This document shows positions 28,933 to 44,200 of a DNA stretch of 64,000 nt, one piece after another. Both the position numbers and the translations under genes were made by a program. The notes beneath the pieces were generated by a model, which was not told the DNA's origin, made no database searches, and saw only the letters and a list, made by a program, of their open reading frames with translations. Origin of the DNA: the human T2T-CHM13v2.0 reference genome, Homo sapiens. Numbering within the stretch: the stretch's first letter is position 1; each line of letters starts with the position of its first letter. The stretch is taken from assembly GCF_009914755.1 (NCBI RefSeq), contig NC_060925.1; one strand, 5' to 3'.

Positions 28933-30431
28933 AATAAGGACTATAGAAGATCTTATACCACAGAAAAGCTAGGCAGCGTGCAGAGAACTAGCGGGCCATC
29001 GATGACTTCTTTGCCTGCAGTTCAGCAAATACACAGCAGAAGTGAAGACCACTAGGTCACTTGGTCAAGCTATTCATAAAACAGAAGTGGCTCAAGGAGA
29101 ATAAATGGATTATACGCAGGGACCCCTGTAGCTTGAGGAGTCAGATAGACATTATAGAAACAGAGACTGTCAGTGTCCCAGGGGTCCAGGAGGTCAAATA
29201 GTCCAGTCTCATCATGTCACAGAGGATAAACAGGAGTCCTGGAAAGGTGAAATGACTTACTCAGTGTGAGACAGATGGCCAAGAGAACACTGAAACCAAA
29301 GTGTTTTAGAAGGAAAAAGCTGCATGGTAAAAACAGCTGAGTCATCTGATGGACACTGACACAGGCAAGTCCCTCGGTGGGCACCCAGGCAGAATGAGAA
29401 GCATGACATGTTTGTTCTTAATAACTCAGTGGGCTGATCCTGCAGTCTAGGCACCCTGCTGACGGGAAGAAGCAACGACTCAGTTAGACTCACGTGGATC
29501 TGTCCAGCACTGGACGTCAGCAGTAGATAGGTTTGATGGAGCTGGAAAGTTTATCCTTTAAAAATGGCCACAAATATTACACTTATAAATATGTATGTGT
29601 GTGGGTGTAGAAACATTACTTGTAAAAAATGAAACCTGTTAGATTAGATCAAACTAGGTTGCCGCTTCTAAGGTAGTGAACGTGTAAAAGAGTAAACCTC
29701 ATAGAAACATGAGGCTGCCCAATGCATGTGTACATGTTGGTGTTGTGTGCATATACTTCATCATATACATATAGTTAGAAATTGTATGTATAATTAAAAA
29801 TATAATCATTCAATCATAACATTAAACAGTGAAATTATTACATCATAATGTTAATCATAACATGGAGCAATTAAACTACAGTGTTTTATGACATATAGTT
29901 TTAAATTATAACATTAAAAATATAGGTAAACGGCTAGGATCGGGGAGCAAATATTAAAGTAAATAAATCCCTGCCCTACTCCCTGAGCCCTTTCTGCTCA
30001 TATTTTGCACTCTTCTGAGGACTGATGTTGGCCTCCCAGGCTTCAGGACAACCTGACATCAAGATGCCTTTAGGTTCTTTCTGACAGCTGCTGCTGCTTC
30101 TTCATCACAGAGAGTTCATTTGCTCTCCTCGGCAGGCCAGAGCTAATTAAGAAGAGAACAGCCCAGGTTCACCCTCCCAACCCTCCTCATCGGCTAGAAC
30201 TGCCTGTTTGCTGCCCTCCAGGTCTTCTGCAGTGAGACCCCCTGCTTTTCTCCAGAGAGTGAGGAAACCATCACTAGAGGGGTGGGGTCTCAACACAGAC
30301 ATATTTACCCAACAGGAGCAGAATGTTTCCATTTGACAATTCCACTACAAGAAGCAGGCCTTCTTGGACCTCTTGCCCAACTTCTGGCCTTCTGATTCTA
30401 AGTAGAAGTTGTCATTTTTCTATGACTACTA

Positions 30432-30509
30432 TTAGGTTGGTGCAAATGTAATTGTGGTTTTTGCAATGAAAAGTAATGACAAAAACCACAATTACTTTTG
30501 CACCAACTA
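30432..30509. mobile_element. MADE1 (Hsmar1-derived mariner MITE)
   Basis: TTAGGTTGGTGCAAA...TTTTGCACCAACTA inverted repeat, ~80 bp. Confidence 0.95.
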
Positions 30510-31069
30510 GTGCTAGCAATGCCTTAAAAAATAAATTGGGCTCAAGATTTCTTGGGGCATAAATTGTTTTGTGCTGTTTTCCGTTTCATCTCCATGTTCC
30601 ACGGGCTTAAACACCACAGAGCAAAGGCAGCACGTGTCTGTGGAGCTGCCCCCTTTCCAAGGAAGCTGCTTTGACCTTCACCTTCTGCCTCCTGGTAGTG
30701 TGTGATGATCACATGGAATAGTAACCAGAGCTGTGTCACACTTCACAAAACACCTTGGGGATTTTGTGACCTCAAAGTATTCTCTTCACCTGGCAGGTGG
30801 CATGAGCCATGGGAGATCCCGACACTCCCAACTTTGCTACCAATGACTCAGATAGAGGGACACATGTATACATGTGTCCGTGCACATTAATGGACCAGCA
30901 CTGGCCATGTTTCTATGAGGCCTTTTCTTTTACATGATTACCATTTAAGAAGCAGCAGGTGAATCTAACCTATTTTGTTTTCTTACAAGTAATACTGTGT
31001 TCGCTTTTTGAAATTTCTTTTCTGAACTTTAGTAAAACCATTTGCTACTCTTTCACTCTCTTTTTGTGT

Positions 31070-31435
31070 TTTTTTTTTAATTTTTAATTTTGATTTTCAT
31101 AGGTTTTGGGAAACAGGTGGTATTTGGTTACATGAGTAAGTTCTTTAGTGGTGATTCATGACATTTTGGTGCACCCATCACCCAAGCAGTATACACTGAA
31201 CCCAATTTGTAGTCTTTTATCCCCTACTGCCCCCCACCCTTTCCCCTGAGTCCCCAAAGTCCACTGTATCATTCTTAGGCCTTTGCGTCCTTATAGCTTA
31301 GCTCCCACTTAGAAGTAAGAACACACAATGTTCGGCTTTCCATCCCTCGGTTACTTTATTTAGAATATGGTCTCCAATACCATCCAGGTTGCTGCTGCTG
31401 CAAATGCCATTATTCCGTTCCTTTCTATGGATGAG

Positions 31436-31493
<58 letters not shown>

Positions 31494-32170
31494 CAATTTC
31501 TTTATCCACTTGTTGATTGATAGGCATTTGGGTTGGTTCCACATTTTTTGCAGTTGTGAACTGTGCTGCTATAAACATGTGTGTACAAGTATCTTTCTCG
31601 TATAATGACTTCTTTTCCTCTGGGTAGATAAGCAGTAGTAGGATTGCTGGATTCAATGGTAGTTCTACTTTTAGTTCTTTAAGGAATCTCCACACTGTTT
31701 TCCATAGTGGTTGTACTGGTTTACATTCCCACCAGTAGTGTAGAAGGTTTCCCTTTTTACCACATCCCTGCCAACATCTATTATTTTTTGATTTTCTGAT
31801 TATGGCCATTCTTGCAGAAGGAGTAAGGTGGTATCACACGGTGGCTCTGATTTGTATTTCCCTGATCATTAGTGATGTTGAGGATTTTTTTCATATGTTT
31901 CTTGGCCATTTTCACATCTTCTTTTGAGAATTGTCTATTCATGTCCTTAGTTCACTTTTTGATGAGATTGTTTGTTTTTTCTTCCTGATTTTTGGAGTTC
32001 CTTGTACATTCTGGATATTAGTCCTTTGTCAGATGTATAGATTATGAAGATTTTCTCCCACTCTGTGGGTTGTCTGTTTATACTGCTGATTATTTCTTCT
32101 GCTGGGCAGATTTTTTTAGTTTAATTAAGTCCCATCTATTTATCTCTGTTTTTATTGCATTTGCTTTTGT
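31070..32170 (-). mobile_element. L1PB 3' fragment
   Basis: GGTATTTGGTTACATGAGTAAGTTCTTTAGTGGTGAT 3' UTR; minus ORF 31360-31809 is L1 ORF2 C-terminus (NNRCWQGCG...HYWWECK.VQPLWK). Confidence 0.95.
31436..31493. repeat. (TAGA)n tetranucleotide STR, ~14 units
   Basis: Uninterrupted AGAT run inside the L1PB. Confidence 0.98.
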
Positions 32171-32424
32171 TTTTGTGTGTGTCTTTTGTTTTTCTCCTCT
32201 CCCACTCTTATCCCCAACCCAACTTTGATTTCTCTCTTTATTCTCTAGAACGTGAATTAACCAGCAGCCTGCATTTCACATTTAACTGAAGAAGCAGAAT
32301 TGATGAGTGTCACCTGAACTATCTTGAACATTTCATGTCACATTGCATGTCAGATATTTAATCTTGACACCTCCTCTCCGTCCAGAGCCAAAAAGTCACC
32401 AGGAATGAAGAATTCTTTCTTCAT

Positions 32425-32895
32425 CATATAGAATTTTGTAGGCCATGGAAAGCAATCTAGACATTATTCTAAGTGCTATAGAAAACTGTGTTTGAGTTTT
32501 GAGCAGGAAAGTGATATGATTTGAATTCTACTTAAAAACTCAGGCTGGGAAATAGAAGAATGAAAGCAAAGAGACCAGTAAGAGGATTTATTGCAAGAAT
32601 GAAAGGATCACATGACTATGGGGGAGAGAAATGGATGAATTTGGGATATATTTTGTGTGCAGCCAACAAGACAAAAATTAATGCTTGCAAGGAGGGGAAA
32701 AGAGGCATGAAGGGAAAGAGATGGATCAAAGAAGATTCATAGGCTTTTACTTGAGCAACTAAATCCTTGCAGCTGCCCTTTAACAAAATAGGGTACAGAG
32801 GGATAAAGGAAATTTGGAGAGAGAAGGAATAAAAAGTTCTATTTTGGCCACATTATGTTTCAGATACCTACTAAACACACAAATAGAAACGAAGG
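32425..32895 (-). mobile_element. L2 fragment
   Basis: TTTTGTAGGCCATGG...TTTTGAGCAGGAAAGTGA...TTGAGCAACT...GTTCTATTTTGGCCA. Confidence 0.7.
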
Positions 32896-33255
32896 AAAGT
32901 GGTCACCTTATTTTAATGGGAAGGCAGCAACCTGAAAACCTAGTCATCCTGGAGCATCCAGCAGAGAAAATTTCTATTGCAAGAAGTAAACACTTGATTT
33001 TGCCTTCCAGACAGATCATTTCATTATTCAAAGAACATTTTTTTTCAGAAGGACCATGAGATATGCAAATATATAGCAGAGATTTTTCAGGGTACACAGG
33101 TGTTAGAAGCTAAAAGTAGTGGAGCAAGGTGACAAAAAAGAGATCCTTTCTAGCGGGCAGTGAAATGCCTATATATTATTTTCTTTAGAGCAAGATTCCC
33201 TTTCCAAGTATGAACTTAAACTGACCTATCCAGGTACATATTATTATTTTCTTAG

Positions 33256-34256
<1,001 letters not shown>

Positions 34257-34292
34257 AAGAAAGTTGGACTTAAGAACTGTAAAAATGCAAGG

Positions 34293-34637
34293 TGATATAA
34301 TTTGGATTTGTGTCCCCACCCAAATCTCACATCAAATTATAATCCCCAGTATTGGAGGAGGGGCCTGGTGGGAGGTGATTGGATCATGGGGATGCTTTCT
34401 TATGGTTTCGCACTATCCCCCTAGTGCTGTCTTATGACAGAGTTCTCAAGAGATCTGCTTGTTTAAAAGTGTATAGCACCTCCCCACACCCCCCTCCTCT
34501 TGCTCCTGCCGTGTTAAGTGTGCTCACTTCCCCTTCGCCTTCCACCATGATTGTAAGTTTTGGTGATGCCTCCCCAGAAGCAGAAGCTTGCACAGCCTGC
34601 AGAACCATATGCCAATTAAACCTCTTTTCCTTATAAA
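34293..34637 (+). mobile_element. MST-type MaLR LTR, truncated at its poly(A) site and part of the L1 3' transduction
   Basis: TGATATAATTTGGATTTGTGTCCCCACCCAAATCTC start; ends ATTAAACCTCTTTTCCTTATAAA followed by poly-A; U5 end missing. Confidence 0.9.
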
Positions 34638-34668
34638 AAAAAAAAAAAAGAAAACGTGTGTGTGTTCA

Positions 34669-35322
<654 letters not shown>

Positions 35323-36548
35323 TCAAAGGCAATCAGAAATTGACATTCCCCCCAAAATCCAAAAATAGCAGGAAAGGTATGTAGGCCACAGAGTCTGCTT
35401 GAGGGTGAGATATAATTATAGAAGGGAAGGAAACCTGGACTGATAAATCTATCTGTCTTTTTCCACTTGTCATATATATACCAATGCTTCAGTACTAAGG
35501 TAGTGAACCGTGATAGAGCATGGTTGTGAAATTGAAATCCTGGGACCAGACCATGTCCCTGCGGGTAGAAGGTAAAATTCCTTCCAAAGGAAGTAGATAT
35601 TTTTACTGTCTGTGTTCCAATGGAGAGATCCATTCCAGTACTAATACGAAGTTTAAGAAGGCATGTGTTAAACTAGAAAAAACTGAAGATGAAAAGAACA
35701 CAGCTTCCTCCTAAGAGACTTAGAGGAAGCATGGCTCTGGATTTCGATTGAGTACTATCTACCTGTGAGTAGTCCTTCGGGGGTAGGCAAAGTGGATTCT
35801 GCAATAAGGCATTAGGCCAGAAGCTAAGGGTCTGGGTATGTTGGCTTTAATAGTTACCATATCTAGTTGCTATTATAAATTGTCCTCTTTGTTGTTTTTT
35901 CTTCTATTATTGAACACACTGTAAATCTTGTAGAATTAGAGGCCCATGCTTGGATGAAACATCATGGGGGAGAGCAGTAGCAGTCCAAAGGGAGCCATTT
36001 CAGGAAGTAGGGGATACATGAACGTCAGCTGTGGCCCTTGCGCAGAACTGAGAGTGCTGGCTAGCTGAGGAACACAGCAGCAAGGGAAGGAATTAGTTTA
36101 ACAGTTACCATCTCCTAGAAACTCCCAGAAATACACAGAAAGAAAATTTTGCAAAAGACTAAAATTACTGCATTCAAGCAGGAGGGAGGCTGGGACCATT
36201 GTACATATGTTCTTTAAAAGGGAATATGTTCTCATTTTATCTAAAAATGAGACACACCTGGCACATTTGTCTGTCTCCTTCTGTAGGCTATAAGCTCTTT
36301 CAAAACAAGGACCTATCATGTCAGAAAGACTTAATAATTATTTACAAACGAAAGAATAAGGGTATCCTTGAATCAAGCCTTTAATTTGAATAACTCGATT
36401 GGTTTTACAGTAGCACCAAGTTCTACTTCCTCATTTACACATTGTGAATTACAATGCTATTATTATTTGGAAGTAATGGCTTTTAAATGAGCCTGGAGTT
36501 GAAATCGTAGGAAGAAAGTAGTTCTGTGTATGTAAATTATTTGGTTGA

Positions 36549-36638
36549 TGAAGGGGGCCTGCCGCTCCACACCTGTGGGTATTTCTTGCAAGGTGGAGAC
36601 GAGAGACTGAGGGGAGTCTGATCTCTCTTTCCCCCACA
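36549..36638 (-). mobile_element. Internally deleted HERV-K(HML-2) LTR5-type solo LTR (90 bp)
   Basis: Minus strand starts TGTGGGGGAAAGAGAGATCAGACT and ends CTCAGTCTCTCGTC...AATACCCACAGGTGTGGAG...CCCCTTCA; perfect 6-bp TSD GGTTGA. Confidence 0.85.
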
Positions 36639-36959
36639 GGTTGAAAGAGATGGTTGCATGCTGTTGTTCTTTACCAATAATGCCAGGGATAACTAGCCAC
36701 GGAGGGTCAAAGGGTAGTAAGGCTTTGTAACAACTTTCTTAATGCAATGCAATCATACAGGTGGTATGCATGGCCACCAAGGAGATGCAGATTGGATTTA
36801 ACTAGAATAACCTGGGGACTAACCAAGGTTCCTTTTCTCAACTAAAAAAAAAAATAGGTATAGTGATGCTAAATCTCTAAATACTCTTAGAAAGATTAAG
36901 AAAATAATTATAAGATATATGTCCTCATGATGGAATTAAAAATGAATGTATTAATGTCT

Positions 36960-37875
36960 TGTATTGGTAGATTTGTTTTATGACCCAGCATGTAGGCTTT
37001 CCTGATAAATGCTTCACGTACACATAAAATGAGTATGTAATCTGCAGTAATTGGATGATGTAAATAACTCTCTATATGGTCAAGCTGATGGATAGTGTTT
37101 CTTGAGTTTTCTGTATCTTCACTAATGGTCCATCACTTGTTCTGTAAATTACTGAGAGAAGAATGTTAAAATGTCCAAATATCTTTGTGAAGGTATATCT
37201 TTCTCCCTTTCTGTCACTTTTTGCTTCATGGATACTGAAGGTATGTTATTAGGTGCATAAACATTTAGGATTGCGAATCATTATGATTTTACCCTTTTTA
37301 TGTCTAATAAGACTTCTTGTCTTGAAGCCTATTTTGATATTTATACAACCATGTGCACCTTCTTGTGGTTAGTGTTTGCAATGATGTGTATTTTTCCATG
37401 AATTTACTTTCAATTTTTTAATTGCTGTGCATCTTTATATTTAAATTATATATGTGCAGAATCCTATGGCTGGGTCCTGTTGTAGATATATATACATATA
37501 TATATATACGTATATATATGTATATATACATACATACATATGTATATATATATACATATATATATAATCAAATAATCTCTGCCTTTTGGAAAAATATATT
37601 TTGGTCGTTTACATTTAATGTAAGTATTGATATGACTGTGGTTCGGTCTCCCATCTTGCTGGCTTTTTTAATATTTGGCATCTCTGATCTTCGTTACTTT
37701 GTCCCTTATCTCTTCCTCATTTCCTGTGTTCTTTTGTGTGAAGCAGTATTTTTTTTAAAATTTCTTCTATCTCCTCCACTGCATTTTAAGCTACATCTCT
37801 TTGTATTTTTAAATTCATTCCTAGAGTGAACATATGCATCCTTAAAGTGTCACAATCTACTTTGAGCACCAATAC
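36960..37875 (-). mobile_element. Old L1M fragment with internal (TA)n repeat (37486-37566)
   Basis: TTTGTTTTATGACCCAGCAT, TACTGAGAGAAGAATGTTAAAA, TGTTATTAGGTGCATA. Confidence 0.75.
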
Positions 37876-38119
37876 TAAATGTTAGGGATTCAAACACGAG
37901 CAAGGCATATCCCTCCTTTTCGGATGAGTGGAGAAGGCAGACATGTAAGTAATAAATACAGCAAAACCTCTCACTATTCAGAGGACCTTTAACATGGCCA
38001 CAAGGCTCAAGCTTATCATTCGACGAACTTGCTACCAGTATTTCTTGGTTGTACAGATTATTTTTTCCTCTTCGCTCACTGGATTTCATATTTGTCTGAA
38101 AACATTTCACCCTGTTTTT

Positions 38120-38850
38120 AACTAAATTGTGTTGTCATTTGTATAGTCTATATACAAGTGCTTTGTTGGATATGTATTTTGAAAAGATTTTCTCCCAATC
38201 TATATCTTGTCTTTTCATCCTCTTCACAGGGTCTTCCACAGAGCAAAAGTTTCTAATTTTCGTGAGGTATAACTTATTGATTTTTTTTGGTTTATAGATC
38301 GTGCTTTTCATGTTGCATGCAGGAAAACTTTGTGAAACCTAAGGACTCTAAGATTTTCTTCTATAGTTTTATAGTTTCAGGTTTCGATTTTCACTATATG
38401 ATTCACTTTGAGTCAATTTTTGTATGTGGTTTATGGTAAAGGTCAAGATTTTTTTTTTTTTGGCATTTGACTATACCTAATTTATCCTTTCCCCATTGAA
38501 TTGTCCTAGCATTTTGTCAAAAGTCATTGCTCATATATGTCATCTATTTCTAGACTACTGTTCCCTTGAAATATTGGTCTATTTTTATGCCAATACTACA
38601 CTGTTTTGCTTACTTTACAATAAGTCCTGAAATCAGTAGTATAAATTCCTTAACTTTGACGTCTGTTTTCAAAATTATTTTGGCAATTCCAGACCTTTTT
38701 CATTTCCATATAAATTTTATAATCAATTTGTCAGGTTCTACGAAAAAGCCTGCTGAGATTTCAATTGAGATTGCAATGAATCTATAGATCTTTTGGGGGA
38801 GCACTGACATACTAATCATATCACCTCTTCTGAACATATGCATTCATTAT
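38120..38850 (-). mobile_element. L1M ORF2 fragment
   Basis: CCACAGAGCAAAAGTT...TTTTCAAAATTATTTTGGC...GATTGCAATGAATCTATAGATC. Confidence 0.8.
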
Positions 38851-38879
38851 GATCTAGCAATCTCTTTCTAAGTATGTCT

Positions 38880-39410
38880 TAGAAACTCTTGGACAAGTGA
38901 ACAAGGAAATATACACAAGGATGCTTCTAGTACTGCTGCTTGTAACAGAAAGACACCAGAACATTTTCCTTATCACTTGAGAAGATAGAAAAATGGTGGC
39001 ATATTTATACAGAAAAAAATTTTGGAATTTCATGTGGCAGTTAACAATGAATTGACTCATAAACATAACAGTTACATTTTAAAAAAGGAATATATATAGT
39101 ATTATCCTATCAATATTACATTAAGAAATATGTAAAACCAATGACATGTTGTTTGAGAAAGCAAATATATGTGTTAAGACTATACAGAAGAATTAGGAAA
39201 TTATAAATACAAAGTTCATAATAAAATTCATAATGAGCTTTTTACAGGATGGGGAAAGCAATAACCTTGGGAGGGCCACAAAGTTGTATTTCTTAATCTT
39301 GATGGTGAGTACACAGAATGTTATCAAAGTGTTATTCTATACAGCATATATGTATTTTAGTATATCCTTTTCTATTTAATATTTAATATCTAAATCATTT
39401 TTAAAAGGAA
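38880..39410 (+). mobile_element. L1ME-type 3' end
   Basis: GAAACTCTTG.ACA.GTG.ACAAGGA, ATTTCTTAATCTTGATGGTGAGTACAC. Confidence 0.6.
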
Positions 39411-40581
39411 AGACAGAGAATTTTATCGAGGGGGAGGAATCAGAGTAAACTTAAATCTTACACTAGTGAAACAGGGCACAAGCATTTATGGTTCAATTGT
39501 GTAATCGATTCTTCACTTATACTATTCCATTTGCAGCTTATGAACTGCAAAACAGCATCCTGAATAAATACTAGGAGTCGCCAATGTAAACCTGTTAATA
39601 TTGTGGGATTTTTTTTTTTTTGGACACTCACCTTCTGCAAAGTAACAAAAGCACTTTAAAATGTGAGAATAAATGTTGTTGATTGCAGAAGAATACCAGG
39701 GAAAATAGCACAGGCCATGCCTTTCTCTCTTACTCCTCCTATTGGGTCTGCAGGCCTTTCGCTTGCATGAGTCATCCATACTCAGGTAAGCACTGTGCCT
39801 TTATTCTTTATTGCACTAGGCCTCTTGACAAATGACTGTTTAAGGAGTGTTTGCACACCTGTCAATGGTTCCTGTCATTTGTCAAGTAACAAATATAAAA
39901 TCTGATAACTAAACAGGAGAAAACCTGTATAAACCAAGAAATATTGGTACCATAAGAAGTTCAACAGATGATAAGGCTAAGCCCTGTGGCTCTCTGGAAG
40001 CCCCTCCGAATAGTGAGTGGTTCTGCTGTATTTGTTATTTATGTGTTTGTCTCCTCTGCTCATTTAAAAAGTAGGGACTATGCCTTGCTCATCTTTAAAT
40101 CCCTAACACTTAGCATTGGTGCTCAGTAAGTGTCCTTAATTGATGGAAACTGATATCTGTTGATCCCAAATAAAAACAGGTCAAAGCCATCTTTCACGGC
40201 ATATTTTCAAACCTTCTGTTTTCGCATTAAATCGTGAACCTTTTGAAAGTATCTACACACTTTTAAAATATTTTGGAGGCATTATTCAAATAACTATTTT
40301 GATACTGAGAAAATACTACCAGTGGCATAGATACAAATTAACTCCTGGATGCTTTTAACTAATTTTTGTGTTTGGTGCTAATGAAAAAGTACCTGAAGCC
40401 TTTAACTTTGAAGCCCGGGCTTCAAAGACATGATTGCTCAGATGTCTTGCTTTATTGTTGCAGTTTAGCAAGACAAGAAACTCTCCCAAAATGTCTTACT
40501 ATTATGTACTCACTGTAGAGAAAATATGATTGTGAGGAAGAAAAGTAAAGAAGGAAAGCAGTGTGAGAGTTAAGCACTTGA

Positions 40582-41027
<446 letters not shown>

Positions 41028-41131
41028 TAAATCACTTTGGAGCTCTGTAAAGAGTAAAACAGCCCTCCGCAGCCACACACAGATTTGCATGGTGGGGCTG
41101 CGGAGCCTCGGAGTCCAAGCGTGACTTATAG

Positions 41132-41486
<355 letters not shown>

Positions 41487-43144
41487 TGACTTTCTTTCTC
41501 GATAACTGTAAAAGCAACTGAAACAGATGATGAAAGAAGAACTCACTACCATGAGCCAGAGCCCATAGTTCTCAATAACTCACCTTGCCCCTGAGCTGAC
41601 ACCCTCCCACACCCTGCAACAAATACATGTGGTTTTCTTTCTTTGAGAAACATCACTATATTTGGGCAACATGTCACACACAGCCCAGTGTATTCTCGGT
41701 TTCCCAAGTAACCTGTAGAGAAATTCTATGATGTGATGCCCTTTTTCCTGGAGGACCATAGAATTCAGAGGGAGAGGAGGCCTTGAGACCATCCTCAGGT
41801 CTCCTGCCTGAATGTTGCTAAGCCTCAGGACTCCCTCCACCCACATGCAACCACACATAGCTTTTACAAATAAATTAAGAGTAAGTCTTTTGCGGGTAGG
41901 TATTATGGCATTTTCACCTCCTCTAGGCAGAAGTAGTGTGGTGCATTTTTAAGGAAGGGGAGGTTGCTTTGCACAGGCCTGGAGGCAGAAGATCTAGTCA
42001 TCCATATCTCCCCAAAGCACACTGCCCCCCTTATCCTCGGACTTGCTTCTAAGATTTGCTGTCTTGCTGAGAAGTTAGCAGTACTCATCCTCTGAAGATG
42101 CTAGACTTTCCAGATATTTGGGGAAAGCCAATGTAATACATAGCACCCTAGGTCAGAAGTGTGCCTTGAGACAGAGTTCTACAGTGATTACATATTTTCT
42201 TCCTAGTCTGAGCAGCCACATATCAACTATCAAGAAGGTTTCTACCCTATTCTTGATGCTATGCCTATGCAGTTTAACTCCAGAATTTATGAAGACACAT
42301 AATACTGTTGACAGATTGGATGAGAACCATTATCATTTCCCCAGATTATCGACATGTAGCATGCTATTAGTAGGAGACAAGCAGTAGATTATGATGTCAG
42401 TCTGTTTATGTGTCTTCTCACTAAGAGAGGTGAGAAATAAAAGCCAGTGGGGATAGAAGACTGGTTTTGGTCTGGCTTAAACCTCCATACTGTGGGGTTT
42501 TATTCTACGTAGTTTGCTGTAAACGTGTGCCCACTTCTTCCTTCTTGAGGGCTCCCAGGTGGCCATAGATCTCTGTGACATGAAGCTTCTTTGGAGTATT
42601 CTGATGATAAAAGGGAGAATTTCAATTCCATTTGACAGGAAGAGTCACTCCCTCCTTGAAGTGGAAATGAAAATGGATCCCTAACTGTGCAAGAGGCAAC
42701 GATGAAATAGCTCTCCCTCTGACCCTCCATTAAATGACAGCAGGCAGTAGAATTATTATTTGGTACTTTATGCCCACCGTTGTGTCAGCTGTACACATGG
42801 GCCAACCACACATTTCTCTCCTTCCATAATTCTGACTCATGCTGCATGGGCTTGAGAACAATGTTGAAAAGTTCCCCCAGGGTTTCTGATTTACAGTCCC
42901 CTCCCTTTTCCCTGGTATTCAACTAATGATTTAGAAGCTGGAAGTAGAGGAGGCTCTTCTTATTTCTGTCAAAGAGACAGAAAAAGAGCAGTCAGAGACA
43001 GACTAAGAAATCATGATTCTAGGAATGGAATGTCCCATTCTAGAAGGACAGTGTTCAATGTGGTGAAGAAATTGAGGAGGAGAGCAGTAGGCAGAGGTTA
43101 TTGGTTTTGATGGTGATAGATTCTGTTAAGAAATTAGTGGTAAA

Positions 43145-43370
<226 letters not shown>

Positions 43371-43483
43371 TTAGTGGTGAAGCCATGCTGTAAAGGGGTT
43401 AGAAGAATATGGGAGTAGTTTGAAGATGTGGCAAGGTCATGTTTGTGAACAATGGAATTCACAGAGAAGAAATTTTCTTGAGC

Positions 43484-43812
43484 TGTGATTTAGTCAGATT
43501 GGGATGCTAGAATACCACAGACTGGGTGGCTTAAACAACAAAATTTATTTTTCACGGTTCTGGAGGCTGGAAAGTCCAAGGTCAAGGTGCCATCATGGCT
43601 CTTCCTGGTTTGCAAATGGCGTCTTCTTGTGGTGCCCTCACATGCTGGACAGACAAAGAGCTCTGGTTCCTTCATCTTCTAAGGATACTAATCCCATGAC
43701 CTCATCCAAACTCAATTACCTTCCAAAGGTCTTACCTCCAAATAACATCACCTCGGGGATAACGGTTTCAACATATAAATTTTGGAGGAGACACAAACAT
43801 TCAGTCCATAGA
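43484..43812 (-). mobile_element. MLT1A-type LTR
   Basis: ACCACAGACTGGGTGGCTTAAACAAC...GTTCTGGAGGCTGG...ACAAACATTCAGTCCATAG. Confidence 0.88.
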
Positions 43813-44069
43813 AAGATTTTTTTTGAGGTTTCAATTGTATAATTCTTATGAATAAGTTACAAGATGTCAACTATTTATTCTCAGAATAATGTTTAACTGA
43901 GTAAATTGCAAATCTATAATGATATAGTAAAAACCACATTGTCTGGGATTTTACCACCTGGAAAGTGCTAGATATCAACACTTCTGACATTTCCCAAGAA
44001 ATATTTAATTTATTCCTGAGGCTGATGCCAAAAGTCACCAACTCTATGCTGTAACACCCACTACATAGC

Positions 44070-44200
44070 ATCACAGAATTTCAGAACTGGGCAAGTATCC
44101 CATCCAACCAACTATCCTTCTACAGATGGAGAAACATAGGCCTCATGGAGAATAGAAGATGACTGTTGAAGTCCTTTCTAACCCTGAAGATATATAATCT
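44070..44200. mobile_element. MIR/MIR3 fragment
   Basis: CATCACAGAATTTCAGAACTGG...TACAGATGGAGAAAC...GTCCTTTCTAACCCTG. Confidence 0.55.
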
